A stretch of 63,697 nucleotides of DNA, filler included, from Kipferlia bialata (Eukaryota): the NCBI GenBank assembly GCA_003568945.1. It is 4 parts of 4 records of this genome, joined end to end, with 100 filler letters (N's around TTAATTAATTAA, not from the genome) between each part and the next. Parts side by side here need not be neighbours in the genome. Positions count along the whole stretch, not along the records: positions 28,787 to 57,454 come from BDIP01000147.1; positions 57,555 to 62,592 come from BDIP01000175.1; positions 62,693 to 63,697 come from BDIP01000285.1; 1 more part is not named here. The stretch is one strand, 5' to 3'. The notes under the pieces are model-generated. The model did not search any database, was not told the DNA's origin, and saw only the letters and a list, made by a program, of their open reading frames with translations. Below, piece after piece: positions 51,659 through 63,697 of the stretch; the first letter of the stretch is position 1; every line of letters begins with the position of its first letter. The position numbers and the translations under genes were made by a program.

Positions 51659-54600
51659 CTACGATAGGAGATGCTCTTTCTCCACTCTTCCACCCCTATA
51701 GCACCACAGCCAAATAGACAAGGCAAGGGCAGGCACTATACCCATGAACACACAGTACACAGCATACACAGGGTAGGCATCATTGAGTATAGCTACAGCC
51801 ACCAACTGTACTATGCACATACACCCACAAACAATGAGTGCTATCACAGCCTGTCGAGGGGATACCACACCGGTACCGCTATCGTGTAGTTTCTCTAGTC
51901 TCTTTAGGTTGATCAGTGCAGCCGATGAGCATCCACCTATACCAACGGCAGATAGGACAGTGACCATGATCAGTAGGGGGGTGTCATGGTACTCAGGGCC
52001 AGGGGTGGAGAGGCTAGATTAGACAAAGAGTAACTAGGACCCTATTACTTACATGTATTAACAACATTGTATTCTCCTCTGTGATAGGGACCAGGGGTGG
52101 ACAGGCTAGGATAAGAAGAATTGGAAGAACATCCAATATTGTCACACATTGACTATACCCATGCGATAAGACATCAAAAGCACCGTAGTGGGCGGGTGGT
52201 ATGGACCGTACAATATAAAATCATTATGATAAGTCTCATAATTAGCGCATACTCCACCATAATAGCCTGCCTCATATACTTGCTCTCCTTTCACTCACTG
52301 GCGTGTGTGAAGCTATATGCATACAAATACATATTTAGATGAATAACATGTGTACCTCCAATACTTGCTCTGCCTCCACTCTGTTGAGTATGTCTGTGTC
52401 AGGTCCTCATACATGGTGGGCCCATCACTGTAGGACTGGAACCCAAGGGCTGGGGAGGCACGCTCAATCTACTGGTAAGGGCCTCTACGTACACACATAC
52501 ACGAACACTTCATACTAATACTATGGCATAAAGGTATGAAATTTGATATTCAATCTCCATATGGCACGCTTAATCTCCTGGTGAAGCTATGGATACACAT
52601 ACAATATGCCGAACACTAATTCTATATATACACTACTACATATATGTATAACGTGTATATATACTCCGTTGCCTCCCACCAGGGACAATGTGCATCTCAT
52701 GAAAGAGTAATCTTACACACATGTACTCACCAAATAGAATATACATACAATATACCTGCGTTGCCTCGTGCCACTCGTTCCAGCTGGTGACTGTGACCAT
52801 GGTGGGGGAGGAGTCAACAGCGTGCTGCCAGGTCTAGAGGTTAGACTAACCGTGGTATCTGTACGACTCTTTGGAATATCCAATGTATCCCTACCTCCTT
52901 GTACAGTACACCCTCTTCTCTGGCTGCTGGTGCATGGCCATCCCTGGGGTGTGAATTGACTCCATAACTCAACCTGATCACAATTATGGTACATAAACAA
53001 CTTTCACTGTTCTGTGGTGTTTGTACAACACTCATGATGATTAATTAATCACTCAAACAGGCGACCCTTGATCAGCATAGGAACACGTGGATCTCTCAGT
53101 TTGAAAGGTATATTCTCGTGTACTCACCTCACCACTGTATCGTTGAACCCAGGTGTCACGGGTGCAGCCATCATGATGCACCCAGCATCAGAGGCCACGG
53201 AGAACATGGTCTGGAGGGTGAGTGTACTAACACACACATATATATACTTGTACCGAGAGGACATGCAAAATACATTCACACCCATATAGAATAGCAGCGT
53301 CAGTATCAGTGGCCACGGAGAACATGGTCTGGTTGGTAAGATATGACAAACTGGTATGCAAATGATATCTACTTGAATAGAGAATCCATAATCATTCATA
53401 CTCCTAACCTCTGTATCCTCCATATATGTGTCTCCATTGACCATCATGGAGTATGCATCATAGTCATAGACTCCATCGAAGAGGGCAGTGTAGGAGACCT
53501 GGTCCTAGGGGTGAGTAACAATCAATCTTAGAACACACATATATAGTCCTATAAAGAATAATATGTACATATGTGTGTAGTCAGAGACACCATCGTACAT
53601 AGCAGTGTAGGACACCTAATGCTGCATAGATGCACCAAGATAGGGAGGGGGGGAGAATGAGATATGGGTTCCAAGGATACCCTGGGAAAAGTGCACAGGT
53701 GGAACATTATACCCAACCACAAGTGTACATATAACACACCTCCCTATCCTCACAGCACTTGTGTGGCCTGTCTGCTGATAGGTACAGGGAAGAAGCCGCG
53801 TCCCCAGCAACGACGCCCTCCCAGACAGTCCTAGGGGTCAGTTGCAGTCCATTCAGTTACCATATCTATCACAGTAGCACTGCATAGCACATACATAGTA
53901 TTACTATGTATTTAACACGTACCTAGGTATCACAAAGGGTGTGTATGGGAACACTGTCCCTATCCGAGTGTCTGTGCTGCTCTGCACCATAGGGGTGTAG
54001 AACAGAGGGGCAGTGTCTCCAAGTACCACATTAGCCTGGAGTATCAGAGAGCAAAGGAAATACTATGTATATATATATATGACTCAGAATCTGTGATACT
54101 ATACATAGGGGTGTAGAACAGAGGAGCAGTGTCAACTAGCAGAGCATTCGCCTGGGTCAGGTATCCATACACAATACTCTCTACCTATCGATTGTATACT
54201 AGTATGAGAATGGAATGGTCTGGGGGGGGTAAGCGGCGTCTATTGATACACAACCAAAAGTATGAATCAGAAAACACCACTAAATCCGTCGCACTACCTG
54301 TGTAATCATTCCCTCAATGTCTCTAAAGTCACTCTCCACTGTTGACACCAGAGTGGACACGGGGAGGGAGGCATCAAGTTTGCCTGAGAGTTAGACATCT
54401 CACACATACACATAGAACACCTTTCGGTACACTCAATAGACACTACGTGTTCCTCACCTGTCTCATACAGGAATGCCAGCTGGGGTGTGTCCATGCCCTG
54501 CTGTCTCATGGACACTGACACATTGACGACATCCTGCACCTCATCCATCTGGGAGTGAGAAGTGGGTGTATGTATATGTGAGACTATATATCTAGAGACT

Positions 54601-56442
54601 GNNNNNNNNNNNNNNNNNNNNNNNNNNNNNNNNNGAGACTATATATCTAGAGACTGCCATATTGACGACATCCTGCACCTCATCAATCTAATCGTTAGGA
54701 CAACATATACAAACACATATATATATCATAGGTCATTGTATATAAGCAGTGTATCTACTCACATCGTGTTGCGCCAGTCCCCAGTACGATATGCCAAGGA
54801 CATCCACACCTGGGGATGAGACTGGACTTCATATCCAGACAACAATATAGTACGTACATATACACATTGGTGCTCTATCATAACTATTACTATACCAACA
54901 CTATAATAGTATATATGAGTATACATACCTGCATTGTATGCGTCCTCCATATGGTGCTGTATGACGTCTGGGTCACAAGAGTCATAGACACATGTATAGT
55001 ATAAATTAGTATATATCAATATAGTATATATACCATACCTGCTGCATATGCATCTTCCAAGTGATGCTGTATGACCTCTGGGTCACACGAGTCATAGACA
55101 CCATAGGAGGGGGTGTATGCTGCACAGAGGTCAGACTGAGAGTGAGTATATAGCATATTGATGTGGGAACCATATATATACACATACTAGGAGGGAGGGG
55201 GGGGAGAAGGGGGTATCGCAATTTACTCACATCTCCATTATCGACACCAATACAGTCATGTCAGTGTCTGTATGCTATCATCACACTCTCACTCTCTCTC
55301 TATATATAAATACAAATATATGAATATACCTCTCCCTTGTCTACCCCAATACAGTCATGCCAGTGTCTGTCTGCTGTGTCATCTCTAATGTATATATACT
55401 AAGCATAAATATACATGAATATACTTACGGCATATTAATACATGCCTGACCATCAATGACACCAATACAGTCATGCCAGTGTCTGTCTGCTGTGTCATCT
55501 CCCTCAATACATATTGTATATATATAGAAAGAACGACATATACACAGATAGATAGTGAGAGTACCTCTCCCGCATCCACCCCAATGCAGTCATGCCAGTG
55601 TCTGTCTGCTGTGTCATCCCTTATGGACAAAGAGGGGGTGGACACGGAGTAGTCGACTGGGGTACTGTACCTAGTAATTAGAGAGGTAAAGAGAGAAAGA
55701 TAGAGAGAGAATAGACGGGGGTGGAGACAGAGTAGTCAACTGGAGTTAATTACCTTAAAGTCAGGGAGAGAAATGGATAGAGAGAGAGTGTGTGTATGTG
55801 AGAGAGAGGAAAGAGAGGCAGTGGACACGGAGTAGTCCACTGGAGTTGAATACCTTTAAGTCAGGGAGAGATAGAGAGGATAGAGACAGAGAGAGAGGGG
55901 GAGGGAGAGAGAGAGAATTAATGCGTGTGGACAAGGAGTAGTCAACTGGGGAACTGTACCAACAGATCAGAGTGAGAAGGGGAGTAATAATTCCCGCTTT
56001 ACACAGATGGGGGGAAGGGGGGGGGGTCACTCTAGAAATATGTATTCCGCACTATAGAGAGAGAGAGAGAGGGAAAGAGGGGAGACCAGAGAAGAGAGAG
56101 AGACAGAGTATACCGCACCATGGGTAGTACCATGCCACTACCACTCTGCCAGATGTATCCACAGGGGCCTGGTAGCAGATCTAGGGGGTAAGAATATACA
56201 CATTCAGTTAGATTGAGAGAGAACGAGGGTGGGGGGGGGGTAGAGGTGGAGAGCATACCATTCACACTCCACCTGGTCTCGTATCCAATCAAATGGAAAG
56301 AGAGCCTTCAGTTATAGGCTACGGACGAATATAAACATACACGTAAGTGTTGATAACCCACCATGCAGCACACCAGGGTGGACAGCAGCAGTACTGCATA
56401 TGACAGTCGCACAGTCAGAGACACAGCTTCAGTGCCGCGCAT
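51659..56442 (-). CDS. Glycoside hydrolase family 99-like (endo-alpha-mannosidase/mannanase) with signal peptide and C-terminal TM helices
   Basis: Signal MRGTEAVSLTVRLSYAVLLLSTLVCC; VVVAWYYPW|Y; YTPSYGVYDSCDPEVIQHHLEDA; VDVLGISYWG; PVTPGFNDT; VTVTSWNEWHEAT..IE (catalytic ExxE region, ~52760-52800); MYEDLT. The last exon (from 51659) has about three hydrophobic segments. Confidence 0.8.
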
Positions 56443-56597
56443 TGCCAATGCGGCCTGATACCTATAAGAAGAGTCATTGACTCACACTGATCCTCAGCCC
56501 GTTTGACACCTGCACCCTTAATCTGTCTTGGTTTCTGAAGAGTTTCCCAGGATGAGACTCAGCCTCGCTGCTTCTTTGACTGAGAGATAGAGTGTGA

Positions 56598-56630
<33 letters not shown>

Positions 56631-56647
56631 TGAATATCCTAGAGAGC

Positions 56648-57108
56648 ATGGGTCACCCAGGTGACTCCTGTTGTCAGAGTACTGATGATGACAGAGAGTG
56701 TGTGCCAGTATCTCGAGTGCCTCTAGAGACAGAGAGTGATCCTGATGCCATAAGTACCCTCACAAGCGTGTCTGTGCGCAATGAGGGGTGTGTGCATGAC
56801 CCCATACAGGCAGTGCTGTATGACCCCATACAGGCGGTGCTGCAGGTAGTGCACTGGTGCGAGAGGGAGAGAGAGGGGGAGGGAGAGAGAGAGGAGGCCT
56901 CTCAATGCCCTCTCTCTCTCTGCCCCCACATGAACACTGTCATCGTCATGGTGCCTGACAGTGCTAGTTCCGCTGCTGTACTGGCTAGAGGGACTAGAGG
57001 GGAGAGAGGGACTAGTGGGGAGGGGGAGGAGGGAGAGAGAGAGGGAGAGGGAGAGGGTACCTCCTGGCAGTGCTATGTGGCACTCTCTGATGTGACACCA
57101 ACAGTCAG
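56648..57108 (+). CDS. Possible first exon of a hypothetical protein
   Basis: Open frame MGHPGDSCCQ...WQCYVALSDVTPTVR ending at a CAG|GTATGT donor. It is divergent from the GH99-like gene; no motif recognised. Confidence 0.35.
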
Positions 57109-57406
57109 GTATGTGCTTCTGATTATGTGTATATATATGCTCTAATCAAGGATGCTTGGTATACATACTCTTGGGCCTCTATTATCATTGTCTTCTCCAT
57201 CCCCCCCCCCCTTGTCTTCTATTCGTTGGTTTCCCCTCTCTCTCTTTGGTTGCATTATATAAATATTGATTATGTACTTTAAACTATGGACTGACAACAC
57301 TTTACCATTACTTACATCCCAGGTGGGTGATGTATTCTGTAGTTCATTGTTCTTCTACTATTCTATATTGTCTATCTATCCATGTAGCCATGCCCTGCAT
57401 ACTCTC

Positions 57407-57454
<48 letters not shown>

Positions 57455-57554
57455 NNNNNNNNNNNNNNNNNNNNNNNNNNNNNNNNNNNNNNNNNNNNTT
57501 AATTAATTAANNNNNNNNNNNNNNNNNNNNNNNNNNNNNNNNNNNNNNNNNNNN
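57455..57554. other. Artificial scaffold linker
   Basis: N-run TTAATTAATTAA N-run, preceded by a ~48 nt poly-C tract. Confidence 0.95.
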
Positions 57555-57861
57555 TTTGCAATGGGGTAATCCTCCACCCCCCCCCCCCCCCCCATATACT
57601 AGGCCTAGTATAAGGGTAGACTTGTACAAAGCCCCGAATCTCAGTGTCCTACTTGCTGACATTGCCTGATGGATAATAGATAGGTAGAAGCACATGGATA
57701 TGGTTGAAGTCTCCACTGGCTCAAATTTGCAAAGGATCATACCTACTGTTCACATATACAACATTTAGTCATCAGGCACATCAACATGCACTCCAAACAA
57801 AATAGAGAGACCACCAGTCCTCATCCGCTCTATCATTAGCCACTACAGCCACTAACAGTGC

Positions 57862-60800
57862 TTAGTTTCCGTATCCAGCGGCGGGGTATCCGCTCATGCC
57901 GTCTCCGTAGCCAGCAGCTCCGTATCCGTCCATGATGCCTGGGAGTGAGGGAGAGACAGACACAGATTATCTCACTCCATATGCAATGCATATAACTAAT
58001 AATTAGCACACTATATAGTAGTCATACAAAATATTCACTGAGTACACATACCAGCGGCAGGGGCAGCGGCAGGGGCAGGGGTGGGAGCGGGGGTAGGCTC
58101 GGCAACGGGTGCAGCGGGGACAGCGGGGGCGGGGGCGGCGGGCTCGGCAGCGCCGTACCCGGCCTCTCCGTATCCGGCCATGCCGTATCCAGCGGCACCG
58201 TATCCGTCCATGGCTGGGGTCAGAGGCATGGTATGTAGAACTAGAATGTACACTTGGATCATCAAGAAGCTGTGTTAATGTGTGTTAAGGTGTATATACC
58301 TCCAGCGGGAGCCTCGACAGGGGCAGGTGTCTCAGCTGGGGCAGGGGTCACGGCAGGGGCGGGGGATGGGGTGTCGTTGGCCTGGGGTGAGTATCAAAAC
58401 AAAGAGAGAGAGAGAGATGTAAATATATATATGCAGTATATGCAATATGTACCTGGGGGGGCATGGTGGGCATGGCCATGGCAGGGGCAGGCACATTGGG
58501 GGCGGTACCACCCACAGTGGGGGCCTGGGGGGCACCGTACTGCTGGGGTAAGAGGTATATATGCATAGAGTGTATATATATAGAGGAAGTGTATATATAC
58601 CTGCTGCTGCTGCTGCTGCTGGGGGGCAGGGGCGGAGGGGTAGGCACCCTGGAGGGTAAGGACATATGATAGTAGTATACAAGAGAGAGAGCATATATAC
58701 CTGCTGGGCAGGCACGGGGGCGCCAGGGTAGGTGTTGCCGACAGGGGCGGGGACGGGGGTGGGGGCACCGTACTGGGGCTGAGGTAAGGGTATATGTATA
58801 TATATATATATATATATATAAATGAGTGTATAATGGTCCATACCTGCTGCTGCTGCTGCTGGGGAGGGGGTGCCTGGGGAGCAGAGTACACACCACCAGC
58901 GGGGGGCTGGCCGTACTGCTGCTGCTGCTGAGGGGGCTGGCCGTACTGCTATAAGACAAGATAGATATATGTACATGTATAGAGAGAGAAGGTGGCAGTA
59001 TCCACCTGCTGCTGAGGGGGCTGGCCGTACTGCTGCTGCTGGGGAGGCTGACCGTACTAGTGTAAAAGGTAAAAGCTATATACCCATCATAACGACGGGT
59101 ATTAGATACAAGAAGAAAGGGGGAAAGGGGGAAATGGAGAGTGTATACCTGCTGCTGCTGCTGGGGAGGCTGGCCGTACTGCTGCTGCTGAGGGGGCTGG
59201 GGGTACTGATGGTCAGCAAATGAAGAGAGAGCGCACCATTATATAGGAATAGACACTCTCATACCTGTCCCTGCTGCTGAGGGGGCTGGCCGTACTGCTG
59301 CTGCTGCTGCTGGGGGTATCCTCCCTGCTGGGGGGCGGGGTAGCCACCCTGGAGGGTGAGGTCATAGCATAGTGTACAGAAGAGAGAGAGTGTGAATATG
59401 TATATATATATATATATATATACCTGCTGAGGGGGCTGTCCGTACTGCTGCTGCTGCTGGGGGGGCATCTGCTGGGGGGCCTGCACGGGCTGGAGGGTGA
59501 GATACATACATACATAGATAGACAGAGATATAGAGATGTGAGACGGAGTGAGTGGAGACAAGGGGCGAGGACGAGAGAGAGAGAGAGAGAGAGAGTACCT
59601 GGGGGAAGAACTGCTGGGGCACTCCCTGTGTGGCATAGGCTGGGATGGCACCAAGCTGGGGGACCTCTGGGGGTGAGGGTAAGGAAGGGGGGGGGGGCGT
59701 AGTAATAGTAGTATCTGTGAATGCAGTGTATCAAAGTACCACACTCACCGTTGGAGGTGACAGTAATTGATATGTATGTAGAAGTGTCACATACCGTTAG
59801 AGTTGTGCAGGTGCTGCATGCCGCACTTGGCACAGTAGGCAGCTGTGAAGATGTGGTGCAGCCTGTTCATGCCGTCCATGATGGAGATGACGACGTAGGA
59901 CTAACGTTAGACCATAAACGAAAGAGAGAGAGACACGCATACAGAGAGAGAGAGAGAGAGAGTCCATGATGGAGATGACGACGTAGGACTAACGTTAGGA
60001 TGCAGAGAGACACAGACAGAGGAGGGAATTGTAGAGTGGATACACTATACACATACCGGCATCTGGATGAGCCTGTGCTGTCCACCGGGGCAAGGGGGGC
60101 GGTCGTTCTGGAAGTAAGAGAGGTGCACTCAATGAGGAGAACGGCAGTATATATATGTAGGCACACACATATATACATGCACGTACTGTGTTCATCTGCC
60201 TGAACATGCCGGCCAAGAGCAACAACAACACATAGAAATATAGGCCTATATACATATTCATATACATATGCACGTACTGTGTTCATCTGCCTGAACATGC
60301 CAGTCATGGGGTCCCTGATGATGGCCAGGTAGTTGAGGTCGGGCAGACCCTGAAGGTCAGTAACAAGGGGGGATATGTGGTGGATGTTCTACAGTATTAC
60401 GGGATGCATAGGTGTGTACCTGGGGTGTCATGACCATGGCGGTGGGCAGGGGGGGCAATAGGTATATGGCATAACTAGATGTATACTTATATACATATAT
60501 ATATATATTAGTATGTACCTGGGGTGTCATGACCATGGCAGTGGGCAGGGGGGGCATGCGGTAGGCGTATCCGATGGTCATGCCTACTCTGTAGGGGGCG
60601 GGGTAGGGGCGGTGGTAGCGGGTGGCGGAGTTGATGACGGCGCAGGTCACGGCAGTCCTGGGGTTAGTAAGGGCCAACGGTATACATAAACCAGAAAGGA
60701 CACACGGTTGTCAAAGAGGGGAATATCGAAGATTACGATGCAACTCCACCTAAAAACTGAGTAAGCCGCTATTCACAATTCTTACAAGCCATATATACTT

Positions 60801-60964
60801 GCAGGGTAGGTAGAGGGATAGTATTCGGCAAGAAAAGGCGTGAAAAGTGAATAGGTTGGTAACATCAATATCAACCTGGTAGCGACGCGGGCAGCCACTC
60901 TCATGGGAGCCATAGGCCTCATCATGGGCCTCATCACGGGACGCATACCAATACCTCTTCTCAT
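57862..60964 (-). CDS. Low-complexity Gln/Pro/Tyr/Gly/Ala-rich protein with small Cys/His module
   Basis: MRRGIGMRPVMRPMMRPM...; PCPGGQH...AYCAKCG; many exons of PQQQQQYGQPP type; PAPAPA and GYGxA repeats; ends GMSGYPAAGYGN* at 57862. Confidence 0.7.
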
Positions 60965-61170
60965 TTTGCTAAATGTTGTTGAGAAGACAGGATACCGATT
61001 CCACAGTGGGATCGGCTCGTCATTTCCTCCTAAGTTTGATCCTAAGTTTGATGGTTCATTCTGACCACTAAATTGTATTCCTGACATAATGTGTGCCGCT
61101 TACTCTTAACACTTCTTCATCCCCCTATATACCCTCCTGTGCATCGTGGAACTGCTCCTGAGCAGAGCAG

Positions 61171-62571
61171 ATGGCAGGGGACCAGGCTATCCGCGTGGCG
61201 GTCCGTGTGCGGCCGCTGAGCAAGTCGGAGGGGACCGAGAATGCGTGGCAGATTGAGAAGAACTCAATCTTCATGCTAAACCCAAAGTGCGGCATTTGTA
61301 TATGTGCATGGATATACCTTTAGTACTTGTGTGGTGCATAGATATGGCCTATTGGACTCACCCAGGACCCAGAAGGCCCAGCCCGATGCTGTGTTCCAGT
61401 ATGACTGCTGCTATGGGCCAGAGACACCCACGGCCGAGGTCTATAGGTACATGGGTACTTTCTCTCTCTCTCTCCCCCCTCCCCCACTAACCACCTCCAC
61501 TCCTCCAATGTCGTTAGGCGATTGGCTCTTCTCTCCCCCCCTCTCATTCTCACCTTCCATGTGTATATGTGTATGTATTAGTGGTGTCTGTAACCACAGG
61601 CGCAGTGCCCAGTCTGTGCTTGACAGCACACTGGACGGGATGAACGGTACACTCTTTGCATATGGGCAGGTGTGTCGCTATATAGTGGTATATATCATCA
61701 GATGGTCATCTCCCTTCATCTCTCTTTGCATTCGGGCATGTATGTCGCTATGTATAGAGTTGAATCAGATTGTCATCTCCCATCTCTCTCCCTCTCCACT
61801 CTATCACTCACTGCCAGACCTCATCCGGCAAGACACACTCTATGAGTGGGTCGGCAAAGGAACCAGGTGCATCCAATTGTCATAAACTCTCACGTACATA
61901 CTCTCTTCCTCACTAATGTCCTTGGTTCTTTCTTGCTTTCTTACCCCCAGGTCTGACCCCTCTCCTTGTCAATGACCTGTTCGACAGAATACAGCAGGTA
62001 TGTACATGTATATATATATATATATCCATCATAGATGCAGCAGGTATAGCAATATATATAGATACAACGCTAGGTCTCTCTCTCTCTCTCTCTTTACTCT
62101 AGGACTGTGACACCAACTACCACGTGAGGGTGTCATACCTCGAGATCTACAACGAGGAGCTCAAGGTATGGAGCTCATATGTGTATACTTGGTATATTCT
62201 ATGTATAGTATGTTAAATATTGTTACCTACAAGATCTACAACGAAGAGCTCAAGGTACTGGAATTACATGTTCCATATGTGCCATATATACTATATATGA
62301 ATTAGTATATACCCCCTCACACCAGGACCTTCTGTCCAATGCCACCCCCCACATCAGACAGAGCATGTTTATACTATATATAGTATATACACTATGTATG
62401 TATATATATACCCTCATATCAGGACCTTCTGTCCAATGCCACCCCCCACATCAGACAGAGCATGTATATACTATATAAGTATTATATACTATATACACTA
62501 TATATATACTGTATACCTCGTCACCCCAGGACCTTCTGTCCAATGCCACCCCCACATCAGACAGAGCATGT
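61171..62571 (+). CDS. Kinesin motor protein, kinesin-7/CENP-E-like, N-terminal part
   Basis: IRVAVRVRPL; FQYDCCY; LDGMNGTLFAYGQ|TSSGKTHSMSG (P-loop); EPG; VRVSYLEIYNEELK|DLL. Truncated by the scaffold end. Confidence 0.9.
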
Positions 62572-62592
62572 CTATACTATATAAGTATTATA

Positions 62593-62691
62593 NNNNNNNN
62601 NNNNNNNNNNNNNNNNNNNNNNNNNNNNNNNNNNNNTTAATTAATTAANNNNNNNNNNNNNNNNNNNNNNNNNNNNNNNNNNNNNNNNNNN
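62593..62691. other. Artificial scaffold linker
   Basis: N-run TTAATTAATTAA N-run, followed by poly-G. Confidence 0.95.
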
Positions 62692-62712
62692 NGGGGGGGG
62701 GGGGGGGGGTGT

Positions 62713-62747
<35 letters not shown>

Positions 62748-62862
62748 TGCGATAGGAAATATGGAGTGTGCACTAACTTGGCCACCACTCTCCAATGGAA
62801 TGCCGTGGGGCATAATATAGTAATGAATATGGTAATGAATCCACAGACCAGAATGGGACTCA

Positions 62863-63075
62863 CCAGGTGGGCCTCAGGAGATTGGTGGCCGGCTGTGTGG
62901 GAGAGCGGCTCTCTTTGTCCTGCCCATGCGGCTGAGAGCCACCCGCCCTCTGGCCCATGGGCTGGATGGCATGCAGCTGTCGGTGGCCGGGGTTGTTGGG
63001 GTCGTTTTCTTCCACGGTTGGGGCAGAAGGGGTATAAGCGACAGGTACTACGGGGGTCAGGGCCACCAGAGCAGC
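62863..63075 (-). CDS. Probable exon of an unidentified protein
   Basis: CTCACCCCAG acceptor and GTGAGT donor bracket an open frame (ALVALTPVVPVAYTPSAPTVEEND...). Confidence 0.35.
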
Positions 63076-63697
63076 TGGGGTGAGCAGCACTAAGAGGATG
63101 GCACAAGTGACAAATGAATATATATAAGAGTTGCGGAGGCACGGGTATCACACTGTAGGGTACATACGTTGTCTAATGTAAGTCCCATTGTGCCCACTCA
63201 TTCTCGACTCTCAGGATGGGGAGAAGTGACGCTCCGGTCCGAGACGACAAGGATGGTGGGCAACCGGGCGCACAGAGACTGCAAGGTCGAACAGGCCCGG
63301 TGTATATATAGATGAGCACGTTCATGACATGAACTTCATGCCCAACTGGTTTGCTGGATCTAAGGGTGCAGGTGGATGCATCTGCGGCCGAGCCCCACCG
63401 CCCTACCCATGGAGTCTCAATGGTTGTTCCCGTCTCCCAAGGGTGGGGTGGCCTGTGCTCCCCTAGCACTCTCTCTATGGCAGTTGGGTTATGGGAGTTT
63501 CAGGGACAGGGAAACACAAGAGATACTACGGATACTACGGACCTGGAGCCTGAGGTGAGTCTATCTTTAGGAATGTACAAATGTGTTGTTCTATACTCAC
63601 CTTAGGAGCTAGTATATATTCTTGTTGCTGATAGGGATGCGAGGAGTATGATCCCTTGGGCTGAAGGTGTAGTTGCCTCTCTGGAAAGGGTGCTTGA

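Noticed and set aside
1..63697. tRNA, rRNA, telomeric repeats or autonomous transposons
   Set aside because: None recognised by eye, and no transposase or reverse-transcriptase motifs were seen. Covariance-model searches were not run.

Overview
Intron-dense eukaryotic protist DNA, not prokaryotic. It has short exons, ~60-600 nt GT-AG introns ending in a fused branch-point/acceptor motif CT[A/C/G]AC-CCC(C)AG, (TA)n/(GA)n microsatellites and long G/C homopolymers. These traits suggest a free-living fornicate/metamonad such as Kipferlia (inference). The window is a concatenation of at least four scaffolds joined by N-TTAATTAATTAA-N linkers, and some poly-G tracts look like chimeric joins. Genes were reconstructed by splicing exons by eye, so boundaries are approximate. 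They are: an unknown spliced gene; an LRR + CocE/NonD hydrolase; a ~16 kb RNF213/mysterin-like multi-AAA+ ATPase fragment; an IscA/Isa fragment; a giant type II membrane Gly/Ser/Thr-rich repeat protein with ~2.6-2.9 kb exons; a Cys-rich type I receptor-like protein; an acid sphingomyelinase-like phosphodiesterase; a truncated STI1/HOP; an ARM-like protein; a GH99-like glycosidase with C-terminal TM helices; a Q/P/Y/G-rich protein; and a kinesin-7-like motor. The most striking unexplained pattern is 'exon echoes'. Many introns hold 1-5 degenerate copies of the neighbouring exon end plus its splice site, with consistent polarity, in some genes but not others.
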